Shown in pieces: positions 18,251 through 26,147 of a stretch of DNA of 64,000 nt. The DNA is taken from positions 523,509-587,508 of the forward strand of contig DASPLI010000001.1 of the NCBI GenBank assembly GCA_035627655.1. The letters are read 5' to 3'. The stretch's first letter is position 1. Each line of letters starts with the position of its first letter. The position numbers and the translations under genes are program-made. Below the pieces are notes generated by a model. It worked only from the letters and a program-made list of their open reading frames with translations, had not been told where the DNA came from and made no database searches. The DNA comes from Minisyncoccota bacterium. Its GTDB lineage: Bacteria > Patescibacteriota > Minisyncoccia > Phycocordibacterales > Phycocordibacteraceae.

Positions 18251-19630
18251 TTAGCGGCCGATACCGCGGTAAATGAGACCTTCTGCAAGAAACTGCTCTT
18301 TAGATAAACAGTTGCGACCATCAACAACGAATCGAACGCCACGCTTTGAAAATGAGTTCGGCGTGAGTTTTCGAAACGCCGTATGGTCAGTAGCAACAAC
18401 TGCGGCAGTCGCGCCTTGGAGCGCTTTTATTAAAGACGAGGCACTGCGATCGTTGGTTACATACGGATCAAACGTGCGTACGAGGGCGCCACGACGCTCA
18501 AGCTCGTGCTGTATTTCAAGTGCTGGACTCTCCCGCAAATCTGGAATGTCTCGTTTGTATGACAAACCAAGAAGGGCAACCGTTGCACCGCGAAGCGGAC
18601 GACCCTCTTCGCCAAGCGCACGTTCAAGAAGATCAGCGGTAAAGATGGGCATGTTGCTATTGATCTCCCGGGCAATCGCGAGGAATCGGTGCTCGAATCC
18701 GTTATCTCGCCCGTAGCGAATCAGATAGTAAGGATCGACCGGAATACAGTGCCCACCGACACCGCAGCCAGGGTAGTGGGCCATAAAACCAAACGGCTTG
18801 GTTGAGGCTCCGTCTATGACATTCGTGACGTCGATGCCTGCATGCTCGAAGGCCATCGCGAGCTCGTTTACAAAAGCAATATTGATATCGCGGAATGCAT
18901 TCTCCACCATTTTTACCGCCTCTGCCTCCTTGATAGAGGCCATGATTTTGATTGGAGCATCGGTGATTTTGCTATAGAGACGTTCTGCTCGTTTGACGCT
19001 TTGTTCATCTATCCCGCCAAGCACGCGCGGAATCGTGCGCACGCTCCACTGCCGGTCTCCCGGATTCACACGTTCTGGACAGTGGGCGAATGAGAAATCG
19101 GCTCCACCACGCAGTCCCGATGCTCGCTCAAGCTCAGAAAGAGCAATGGTCTCGCAAACTCCAGGAGAAACGGTCGATTCAACGACCACCAATGCACCTG
19201 GTGCAAGGCGTCGCCCGACCGCTTCCGCAGCGCTTCGAAGCGGTTCAAGGTCCGGGGTTCGGTCGTCATGCACGGGCGTTGGAACGCAGATGATGTAGAC
19301 ATCGGCGCCTGTCAGTACCTGTTCGTCTGCGCGGATCCGCATCTTGCTCTTGCGGAAGAGACGCACCTCCTCGCCCGAAAGATACTCTGCGCGACGTTCG
19401 CGCAGCAGAGAGACTTTTTCTGGGCTGCTATCAAAACCACGAACAGCATACCCGCGCGATTCCGCGAGAAGCGCCAAGGGGAGGCCGACATAGCCAAGGC
19501 CAATAACTGCCACCTTCCGATCGTGGAGCACGCGTCGACGTTCACGCGCCCGCGTCGGGGTCGTCTTAGTACGGGTTGTTCGCATAACGAACAAGCGTAG
19601 AGAAATAGTCGTGAATCGGGGCTGAATCAT
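18251..19630 (-). CDS. nucleotide-sugar 6-dehydrogenase (UDP-glucose/UDP-GlcNAc dehydrogenase family)
   Basis: Rossmann VIGLGYVGLP N-terminus; family-typical central and C-terminal domains. Confidence 0.85.
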   Translation of the reverse strand: MIQPRFTTISLRLFVMRTTRTKTTPTRARERRRVLHDRKVAVIGLGYVGLPLALLAESRGYAVRGFDSSPEKVSLLRERRAEYLSGEEVRLFRKSKMRIRADEQVLTGADVYIICVPTPVHDDRTPDLEPLRSAAEAVGRRLAPGALVVVESTVSPGVCETIALSELERASGLRGGADFSFAHCPERVNPGDRQWSVRTIPRVLGGIDEQSVKRAERLYSKITDAPIKIMASIKEAEAVKMVENAFRDINIAFVNELAMAFEHAGIDVTNVIDGASTKPFGFMAHYPGCGVGGHCIPVDPYYLIRYGRDNGFEHRFLAIAREINSNMPIFTADLLERALGEEGRPLRGATVALLGLSYKRDIPDLRESPALEIQHELERRGALVRTFDPYVTNDRSASSLIKALQGATAAVVATDHTAFRKLTPNSFSKRGVRFVVDGRNCLSKEQFLAEGLIYRGIGR

Positions 19631-19647
19631 CCCCGGCTCATGTTGGA

Positions 19648-20514
19648 TTAGAGCTTGGTTGCGACGAAGTTATCAAACCGCACATCCATGTAATCAGTAC
19701 GAATGCCGATGGAGCCAGAGGAGCGTAGGGCCTTGCCTTGTGTGCCTGTGTCTGTTGCAGAGAGAATCTTTGCGTAGCTTCCGTCGTTTTCTCGATCAAG
19801 ATAGAGATCTACGGTGACGCTCCCGTCACTCTGGTTCACGGTGCGTACTTTGATACGCATCCAGCGATCTTCAGGGATAAGGTTCGGGTTCGTATCGCGG
19901 TCGTACTCGCTTGCGTTTCCAAATACCTGCGCGCTGGCGAGGGTGTAGTACGTGCCGTTGTACTTCTTCTTAATAACTGCGCTTCCGTCGTGGCGAATAC
20001 CAGCGTAGTACAGGTTGTTGTTGTCGGTGTATCGAGAGAAGAGCAGAATGCCGCTATAGCCGTCGCGGTTCGGCGTGTCGGTCGTATGTACCGCATCGAT
20101 GCGGAAGGAGAGCTTCTGTTCGACGTTTCTCCAGGTGCTGCGCGTAAGGAGGCGGAAGAGGTTTTGCGGATGCGCGCCGTCGTCCGTATCAAGAGGATTG
20201 GCGGCCGCATACAGGCGATGCCAAAGGTCCGTCAAAGGGAGGCTTCCAGCTACAGTCGAACCAGTACCGTCTTGGAGAACGAATTTTCCGCCGGAGTTGA
20301 GCCAAAAATACGGACTCGAGCTCTCATCCATGGAGCCGGTCTCATGCAGTGTGCCGTTCGTACTAAACGAGTACGAAAAAATCGAACCGACGGGAAGTGC
20401 TTCAGCTGCGTATACGGAAGAAAGGGGACTCAGAAACGCAAACGTGCACAAAACGATTAAGCAGTTCTTCATGCTGACTACACAAAAGTATAATCGTGCG
20501 AAAATCGTCGTCAA
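19648..20514 (-). CDS. secreted protein, paralog B of 14487..15347
   Basis: Signal peptide; shares the conserved blocks listed for paralog A. Confidence 0.6.
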   Translation of the reverse strand: MTTIFARLYFCVVSMKNCLIVLCTFAFLSPLSSVYAAEALPVGSIFSYSFSTNGTLHETGSMDESSSPYFWLNSGGKFVLQDGTGSTVAGSLPLTDLWHRLYAAANPLDTDDGAHPQNLFRLLTRSTWRNVEQKLSFRIDAVHTTDTPNRDGYSGILLFSRYTDNNNLYYAGIRHDGSAVIKKKYNGTYYTLASAQVFGNASEYDRDTNPNLIPEDRWMRIKVRTVNQSDGSVTVDLYLDRENDGSYAKILSATDTGTQGKALRSSGSIGIRTDYMDVRFDNFVATKL

Positions 20515-20591
20515 TTTTTATGAATTCCTTCATCTGGCATGTGGTCTAACTTTGTTATACTTGCTGCATAACCACTAATTTTCACTCGCGT

Positions 20592-21113
20592 ATGAGTCTC
20601 CAAACAATTATCGGTACGGTGATCGCCATTGTTGTTGTCGGCGCAGGCGCCTGGTATTTCACCTCGCGTCCGGCCACGTCGCCACAGGTCGTCGAGCAGC
20701 AGTCAACGGGAAATGCGGAGTCGGGATCAGCAACCTTTGCGTCGTTTCTAGCACAGGGAGGATCTCGCTCCTGCGATGTAACGGTTGAAAATGAAAGTGC
20801 GCCAGCAAGCGGCGTTGTGTTTGTAAACGGAGATCAGATCCGCGCTGATATCACGGCACGTCCGACGACGTTTGGTGGTGTAGAAGTCCGTGCACACATG
20901 ATCCAGACGGGAGGATATGTCTATAGCTGGAGTGATCTTATTCCCCGAGGAGTGAAAATTGCGGTGAGTCAGGGCATCTCTGCAGCGGCACAGCAGGGCT
21001 TTGATGCAAATGCCCAGGTTTCCTATACCTGCTCGCCATGGGTACCAGACCCAAGTAAGTTTGTGGTCCCAGCAACGGTGACCTTTATGGAGCTTGAGGC
21101 GCAGCCGCAGTAA
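20592..21113 (+). CDS. membrane-anchored hypothetical protein
   Basis: N-terminal TM helix, then a soluble domain. Confidence 0.4.
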   Translation: MSLQTIIGTVIAIVVVGAGAWYFTSRPATSPQVVEQQSTGNAESGSATFASFLAQGGSRSCDVTVENESAPASGVVFVNGDQIRADITARPTTFGGVEVRAHMIQTGGYVYSWSDLIPRGVKIAVSQGISAAAQQGFDANAQVSYTCSPWVPDPSKFVVPATVTFMELEAQPQ

Positions 21114-21116
21114 AAC

Positions 21117-21380
21117 TTAGAGTTTCTGGAAGCGGGGGACCACACCGTTCTCGCTTTCTACGGTCTCAAGAAAACTGGTGAGCGGACGAATAAACGTAAG
21201 ATCTGTTCCTTCCTGTTCGTACACGACAGCAACTGACTCATCTGCTTCAAGTAATGCAAGCGTGACGACTCGGTAGCTCTGTTCCGGGTGCTTGTAGTGT
21301 GCGTAGCGGCCGCCGATCTCTATCTGAGTAGCGGCTGCAGTAAGACGCTCCTTGAGTTCTGCTGCGGGTGTATGTGCCAT
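21117..21380 (-). CDS. DUF1653-like small protein
   Basis: GRYAHYKHPEQSYRVV motif. Confidence 0.45.
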   Translation of the reverse strand: MAHTPAAELKERLTAAATQIEIGGRYAHYKHPEQSYRVVTLALLEADESVAVVYEQEGTDLTFIRPLTSFLETVESENGVVPRFQKL

Positions 21381-21459
21381 ATAGCCTTACCATAGCGCAT
21401 CAGATGCAATTCGGGTGTCGCGGTATACTGGATAGCGATTATTCTCTAACGAATTCGAT

Positions 21460-21948
21460 ATGAAAAATCCCCTTATATGGATTGTTCTGGTCATTATTCT
21501 GGTCGGTCTTGGCTGGTGGATCTACACCGTGTCGAATGCTCCGGCGGGCCAGGCTCTCGAAAACGACCCTGGATCGGTAGCAGGGGAGTTTATCGATGAC
21601 TCCAAAGACGGCGGTGCTGGCCAGGGACCTGCAGCAGGAAACGTGACGATCACCTACACCGACGCAGGTTTTTCTCCGGAAACTATCACGGTGCGCAAGG
21701 GCGCGACCATCACCTTTGTTGATGAGAGTCCCACGAACGAGATGTGGGTCGGCGCTGACGAGCATCCGTCGCATACCGGCTACGACGGCACCAGCAAGGA
21801 TGAGCATTGTCCGAACACCGATAACACCTCCTTTGATCAGTGCGGTGTCGGCAGCACCTACAGCTTTACCTTCACCAAAGTTGGTGTCTTCACGTATCAC
21901 AATCATCGCGAAGACGATCATCACGGTCACGTAGTCGTTGTTGAGTAA
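21460..21948 (+). CDS. membrane-anchored cupredoxin-like (putative copper-binding) protein with His-rich C-terminus
   Basis: N-terminal TM; ITVRKGATITFVDES beta pattern; Cys/His ligand candidates; HNHREDDHHGH tail. Confidence 0.4.
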   Translation: MKNPLIWIVLVIILVGLGWWIYTVSNAPAGQALENDPGSVAGEFIDDSKDGGAGQGPAAGNVTITYTDAGFSPETITVRKGATITFVDESPTNEMWVGADEHPSHTGYDGTSKDEHCPNTDNTSFDQCGVGSTYSFTFTKVGVFTYHNHREDDHHGHVVVVE

Positions 21949-21950
21949 CC

Positions 21951-22301
21951 ATGCGTACCGCACAACTGCTTCTGCGTCTGGGGGTTGCGTTCGCGTTTCT
22001 CTTTCCGCCGGTCAACGCCCTCATCGATCCGTATTCCTGGATCGGCTATTTCCCAACCTTCATGCGAGGCATGATGCCGGAAATGGTGCTGCTTCATCTC
22101 TTCGGCATCATCGAGATCATCATCGGCCTCTGGCTTATTTGGGGGAAACGCATCTTTATTCCGTCGGTTGCGGCAACTGTTCTCTTGGTATTGATCGTCA
22201 TCTTCAATCTCGGGGACTTCCAGGTGCTCTTCCGCGACCTCTCCATTGCTGCTATGGCGCTTGCGCTTGCGGTCTTGAATCGCCCCGAGCGTACCACCTG
22301 A
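21951..22301 (+). CDS. small integral membrane protein (DoxX-like)
   Basis: Three to four hydrophobic helices. Confidence 0.35.
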   Translation: MRTAQLLLRLGVAFAFLFPPVNALIDPYSWIGYFPTFMRGMMPEMVLLHLFGIIEIIIGLWLIWGKRIFIPSVAATVLLVLIVIFNLGDFQVLFRDLSIAAMALALAVLNRPERTT

Positions 22302-22365
22302 TCGCTCATTCGACTTTCAGCATGTCTGTGGTATAGGGAAGGCGGAGTAGACAACGGGGAAGGTC

Positions 22366-22962
22366 ATGGACCTCATACTTTCGACTCGAAATCCCAGCAA
22401 GGCGAATCAGATTCGCGCCGTATTCGACGGTTCCTTCATCTCTATTCGTTCACTTGATGAAGCAGATATTGAAGGAGAAGCAATCGAAGACGGAAGCACG
22501 CTTGAAGAAAACGCGCTGAAAAAAGCTTGTTTTGCCTGGGAGCGTTCCAATAAATGGAGCGTTGCCGATGACACTGGTCTCTTTATTGATGCGCTTAACG
22601 GCGAACCGGGCATATTTTCTGCTCGGTGGGCTGGGGAGCACGCGTCGACCGAAGAGATCATGCAGTACACGCTGGAACGCCTTCGGGACGTTCCGCCGGA
22701 AAAGCGAACAGGCGCCTTTCGAACGTATGCGGTCCTCGTATCGCCGCTTGGAAATAGTATGACGTTTGTCGGGGAAGTGCGCGGCAGGCTCTTAGAAGCG
22801 CCACGTGTTCCCTGTCAGCCGAAGATGCCGTATAGCGCAATCTTCGTTCCCGACGGTCAGCCAAAAGTATGGGCTGAAATGTCGACGGACGAAGAAAACG
22901 CCATCAGCCATCGTGGCCAAGCGTTCAGGAAAGTCCGAGCGTTCATCGAACAGCATGCCTAG
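22366..22962 (+). CDS. rdgB: non-canonical purine NTP pyrophosphatase (RdgB/HAM1 family)
   Basis: ADDTGLFIDALNGEPGIFSARWAGE and ISHRGQA motifs. Confidence 0.85.
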   Translation: MDLILSTRNPSKANQIRAVFDGSFISIRSLDEADIEGEAIEDGSTLEENALKKACFAWERSNKWSVADDTGLFIDALNGEPGIFSARWAGEHASTEEIMQYTLERLRDVPPEKRTGAFRTYAVLVSPLGNSMTFVGEVRGRLLEAPRVPCQPKMPYSAIFVPDGQPKVWAEMSTDEENAISHRGQAFRKVRAFIEQHA

Positions 22963-23037
22963 AAATACTAAGCGGCCTCGAAAGGGGCCGCTTCTTCATA
23001 TGTGTCTCTCGCTGCGCGGTGTATACTTCGCGCGTAT

Positions 23038-24705
23038 ATGACGCAAGCTGAAGCGCTTTCCATACTGCAGACAGGCGCGAATGCTTTTCTGACTGGCGAG
23101 CCAGGCAGTGGCAAGACGCACACCGTCAATACATATGTTGCGTGGCTGCGTGCTCGTGGTATTGAACCGGCAATCACTGCTTCAACCGGCATTGCGGCAA
23201 CCCATGTTGGTGGCATGACGATTCATTCCTGGAGCGGTATCGGCATACGCGACTACTTGTCGGAAGCGGATGTCGACATGATCGCCTCTAAAGAGCATGT
23301 CGCTCGCAGAATCAATCGAACGAACGTTCTGATTATTGACGAGATTTCTATGCTCTCGGGGAATGTGCTCTCCATGGTCGATCGTATTGTGCGCGAGGTG
23401 CGCAGAACGCATCTGCCTTTTGGCGGCATGCAGGTTGTTGCGGTTGGTGACTTCTTTCAGTTGCCGCCGGTTACGAAGGGAAGCGCAAGTCCGTTATTTG
23501 CCTTTGAGTCCCCTTCTTGGCGCGCCCTCAACCCGTTGGTGCTGTATCTCACCGAGCAGCATCGACACGATGATCCAAAATTTGCCGCTGTGCTTGGCAG
23601 TATTCGTCGCGGTGAGAGCGATCAGGGAGACGTAGCACGCATTGTTTCAAAAGAAGCGTCCTTGGAAGATGTTGCAGATGACGTTCCGCGCCTCTATACG
23701 CATAATGCTGACGTTGATAAGGAAAATGCAGAGAAGCTTGAAGGACTCAAGGGATCTTCAAAGCGCTTTACTATGGAATCAAACGGGTCGGAGGTGCTGG
23801 TGGAAGCGCTCAAGCGTGGCTGTCTCTCGCCTGAAGCGCTTGAGCTGAAGGTCGGAGCGGTAGTCATGTTTACAAAAAACAATCCGCTTGCCGGCTACGT
23901 CAACGGAACGCTTGGCGTCGTGCTTGGCTTTGAGCGCGGAACGAATTGGCCGCTTGTGGAAACCCGCGATGGACGCACTATCACGGCCGCTCCGCAGGAG
24001 TGGGTGGTGGAGGAGCAGGGAAAGATCAGAGCGAAAGTCATACAGGTGCCGCTCAAGCTTGCATGGGCCATCACCATTCACAAGAGCCAGGGACAAAGCT
24101 TGGATGCTGCTGCCGTTGATCTGTCGCGCGCCTTTGAGTACGGGCAGGGATATGTCGCGCTTTCACGCCTGCGGACCCTCGAAGGACTCCACCTGCTTGG
24201 CTGGAGCGAAAACGCGCTTCGTATACATCCGACAGTGCAGCAGATAGATAAAGAATTTCGTGCGGCGTCTGAGGCGGCACAAGCGGCGTTCGGCGAGCTT
24301 GAGCGAACAGGAGAGCGCACGAAGCTCGAAGAAAACTTCCTGCGTGCCTGTGGTGGCAGTCTCACGCCAACCAAAGATGGCGAACCTCGGGGCAAGCGAA
24401 CCACGCATGACGAAACGCTCTCCTATATCCAAGAAGGCAAGCCACTTGCTGCAATCGCTGATGCTCGGTCGCTGACATTTGGCACGATCGCCGAACATGT
24501 CGAAGAACTTATTAAAAACGATCGCCTGACGCGCGAGGAGGTCGAGCCGCTCATCCCTGCAGAGCTTTTGCGCGCCTTGCCGCAGATATTTGATGTATTT
24601 GAACAGGTGGGTACCGAACGGTTGACGCCGGTCTTTGCTCGGTTGGGAAAGAAATATCCGTTTGAATATCTAAAAATTGCTCGAGCACTATACCGCACTG
24701 AATGA
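23038..24705 (+). CDS. PIF1-family ATP-dependent DNA helicase
   Basis: Q-motif region LSILQTGANAFLTGEPGSGKTH; full set of SF1B helicase motifs. Confidence 0.8.
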   Translation: MTQAEALSILQTGANAFLTGEPGSGKTHTVNTYVAWLRARGIEPAITASTGIAATHVGGMTIHSWSGIGIRDYLSEADVDMIASKEHVARRINRTNVLIIDEISMLSGNVLSMVDRIVREVRRTHLPFGGMQVVAVGDFFQLPPVTKGSASPLFAFESPSWRALNPLVLYLTEQHRHDDPKFAAVLGSIRRGESDQGDVARIVSKEASLEDVADDVPRLYTHNADVDKENAEKLEGLKGSSKRFTMESNGSEVLVEALKRGCLSPEALELKVGAVVMFTKNNPLAGYVNGTLGVVLGFERGTNWPLVETRDGRTITAAPQEWVVEEQGKIRAKVIQVPLKLAWAITIHKSQGQSLDAAAVDLSRAFEYGQGYVALSRLRTLEGLHLLGWSENALRIHPTVQQIDKEFRAASEAAQAAFGELERTGERTKLEENFLRACGGSLTPTKDGEPRGKRTTHDETLSYIQEGKPLAAIADARSLTFGTIAEHVEELIKNDRLTREEVEPLIPAELLRALPQIFDVFEQVGTERLTPVFARLGKKYPFEYLKIARALYRTE

Positions 24706-24764
24706 TTCATACGGTGTTCATGGCGCGGTAGTATGGTAAAGGCGTTATACATAACGTATTTGTC

Positions 24765-25097
24765 ATGACCATCATTCACTGGATTGTCTCGGCCGTAGCG
24801 ATTCTTATCGCTGCGTACCTTATTCCGGGCATTAATGTGACCTTGATCGGCGCCTTGGTGCTTGCCGTAGTGCTTGCGCTCATCAACGTGTTCCTGAAGC
24901 CCATTATTACGGCACTCACGCTTCCGTTGAACCTAGTGACGCTCGGTCTCTTCTCGCTGGTCGTCAACGCGCTTCTCATCATGCTTGCCGGCATGATTGT
25001 GCCGGGATTCACGGTGGATGGCTTCTGGCCAGCATTCTTCTTCTCCATCATTGTCGCTCTCGTCACAGCGCTCTTCGGTGGACTGGCAAAGAAGTAG
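24765..25097 (+). CDS. 4-TM membrane protein of the phage-holin-family 4_2 type (YvlD-like)
   Basis: PGI(N)V...LVLAVVLALINVFLKPII...LGLFSLVVNALLIMLA pattern. Confidence 0.65.
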   Translation: MTIIHWIVSAVAILIAAYLIPGINVTLIGALVLAVVLALINVFLKPIITALTLPLNLVTLGLFSLVVNALLIMLAGMIVPGFTVDGFWPAFFFSIIVALVTALFGGLAKK

Positions 25098-25170
25098 CCA
25101 AGAAAAACAACTGGTGCTACGGTAGCGCGCAGAACGGGTTCTTTGACCGTTCGCAACTAGGGAGGCAGTA

Positions 25171-26064
25171 ATGCCAAACGTTGTTGAAGGGAAGACTAAG
25201 AAGGTCATCCCGATACGTGCCGCCCGGTTCGTCTCCAAAGATGATCTGACGGCAGGTGACGGTAAGAAACACGACATTCTTCCAGGAAAGGGAGAGCTTG
25301 CCACGCGAACGACGGTTCATGTGTTTGAGCTTCTGCGCCATTGCGGCCTTCCGGTCGCCTACATAGCGCAAGACTCGCCCACGTCGTTCATCGGCTATGA
25401 GTGCACGATGGTGCCGCTTGAGGTTGTAGTTCGTCGCGAAGCCCACGGCTCATTCTTGAAGCGCTCTCTGGCGCATACCAAAGGCGACCGTTTCGAGACC
25501 CCGAAGGTTGAGTTCTATCTCAAAACGAAAGGGCGTCGCTTCCGAGAGCACGATCTTCCGTGCGACGACCCGTACATGGTTATTGTGCGGGACGAGGTGC
25601 GACTCTATCGACCCGACGAGACTATTGTGCCGGAGGCACCATTCCTGACGGTTCGGTATGTGGACGTGTTTGGCGAATTCGAGAACGACTACAACCTCTG
25701 GTCGCCGGACGACCTTGCGGGCGAAGCGGTTCGTGCGTTCCTGATTCTTGAAACCGCCTGGCAGAAGCTTGAGCGACGCCTTGTCGACTTTAAGCTCGAG
25801 TTTGGTGTTCTTGATGATGGAACGAGCGACCCGCCAACGCTGATTGCCGACGTGATCGACAACGATTCGTGGCGACTCATGCAGGGTGACGACTATGTCG
25901 ATAAACAGGTGTATCGCGATGGCGGGGATCTTGAGAAGGTGCTCAAGAACTATCGCCGGGTTGCCGACATGACTGGTCGATTCCGAACGCTTCGTGAATC
26001 GATTCGTACAGCAACGATGGATGCCATCGTGCGTCCGACGTACGAACCGTGCTACCGCACCTAA
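25171..26064 (+). CDS. purC: SAICAR synthetase (PurC)-like protein
   Basis: EGKTKKV N-terminal block and RLVDFKLEFG block. Confidence 0.6.
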   Translation: MPNVVEGKTKKVIPIRAARFVSKDDLTAGDGKKHDILPGKGELATRTTVHVFELLRHCGLPVAYIAQDSPTSFIGYECTMVPLEVVVRREAHGSFLKRSLAHTKGDRFETPKVEFYLKTKGRRFREHDLPCDDPYMVIVRDEVRLYRPDETIVPEAPFLTVRYVDVFGEFENDYNLWSPDDLAGEAVRAFLILETAWQKLERRLVDFKLEFGVLDDGTSDPPTLIADVIDNDSWRLMQGDDYVDKQVYRDGGDLEKVLKNYRRVADMTGRFRTLRESIRTATMDAIVRPTYEPCYRT

Positions 26065-26147
26065 CTGAAACGGCGCTTCCTCTTGGGGAGCGCCGTTTTC
26101 CCATTTCTCCGTATTCGCACCTTGCCCATACCGTATACTAGGAAGCA

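Noticed and set aside
24765-25097. Prophage inferred from a 'phage holin family' membrane protein
   Set aside because: It is a single small 4-TM gene with no flanking phage structural, integrase or lysis genes. Proteins of this family are widespread outside prophages.
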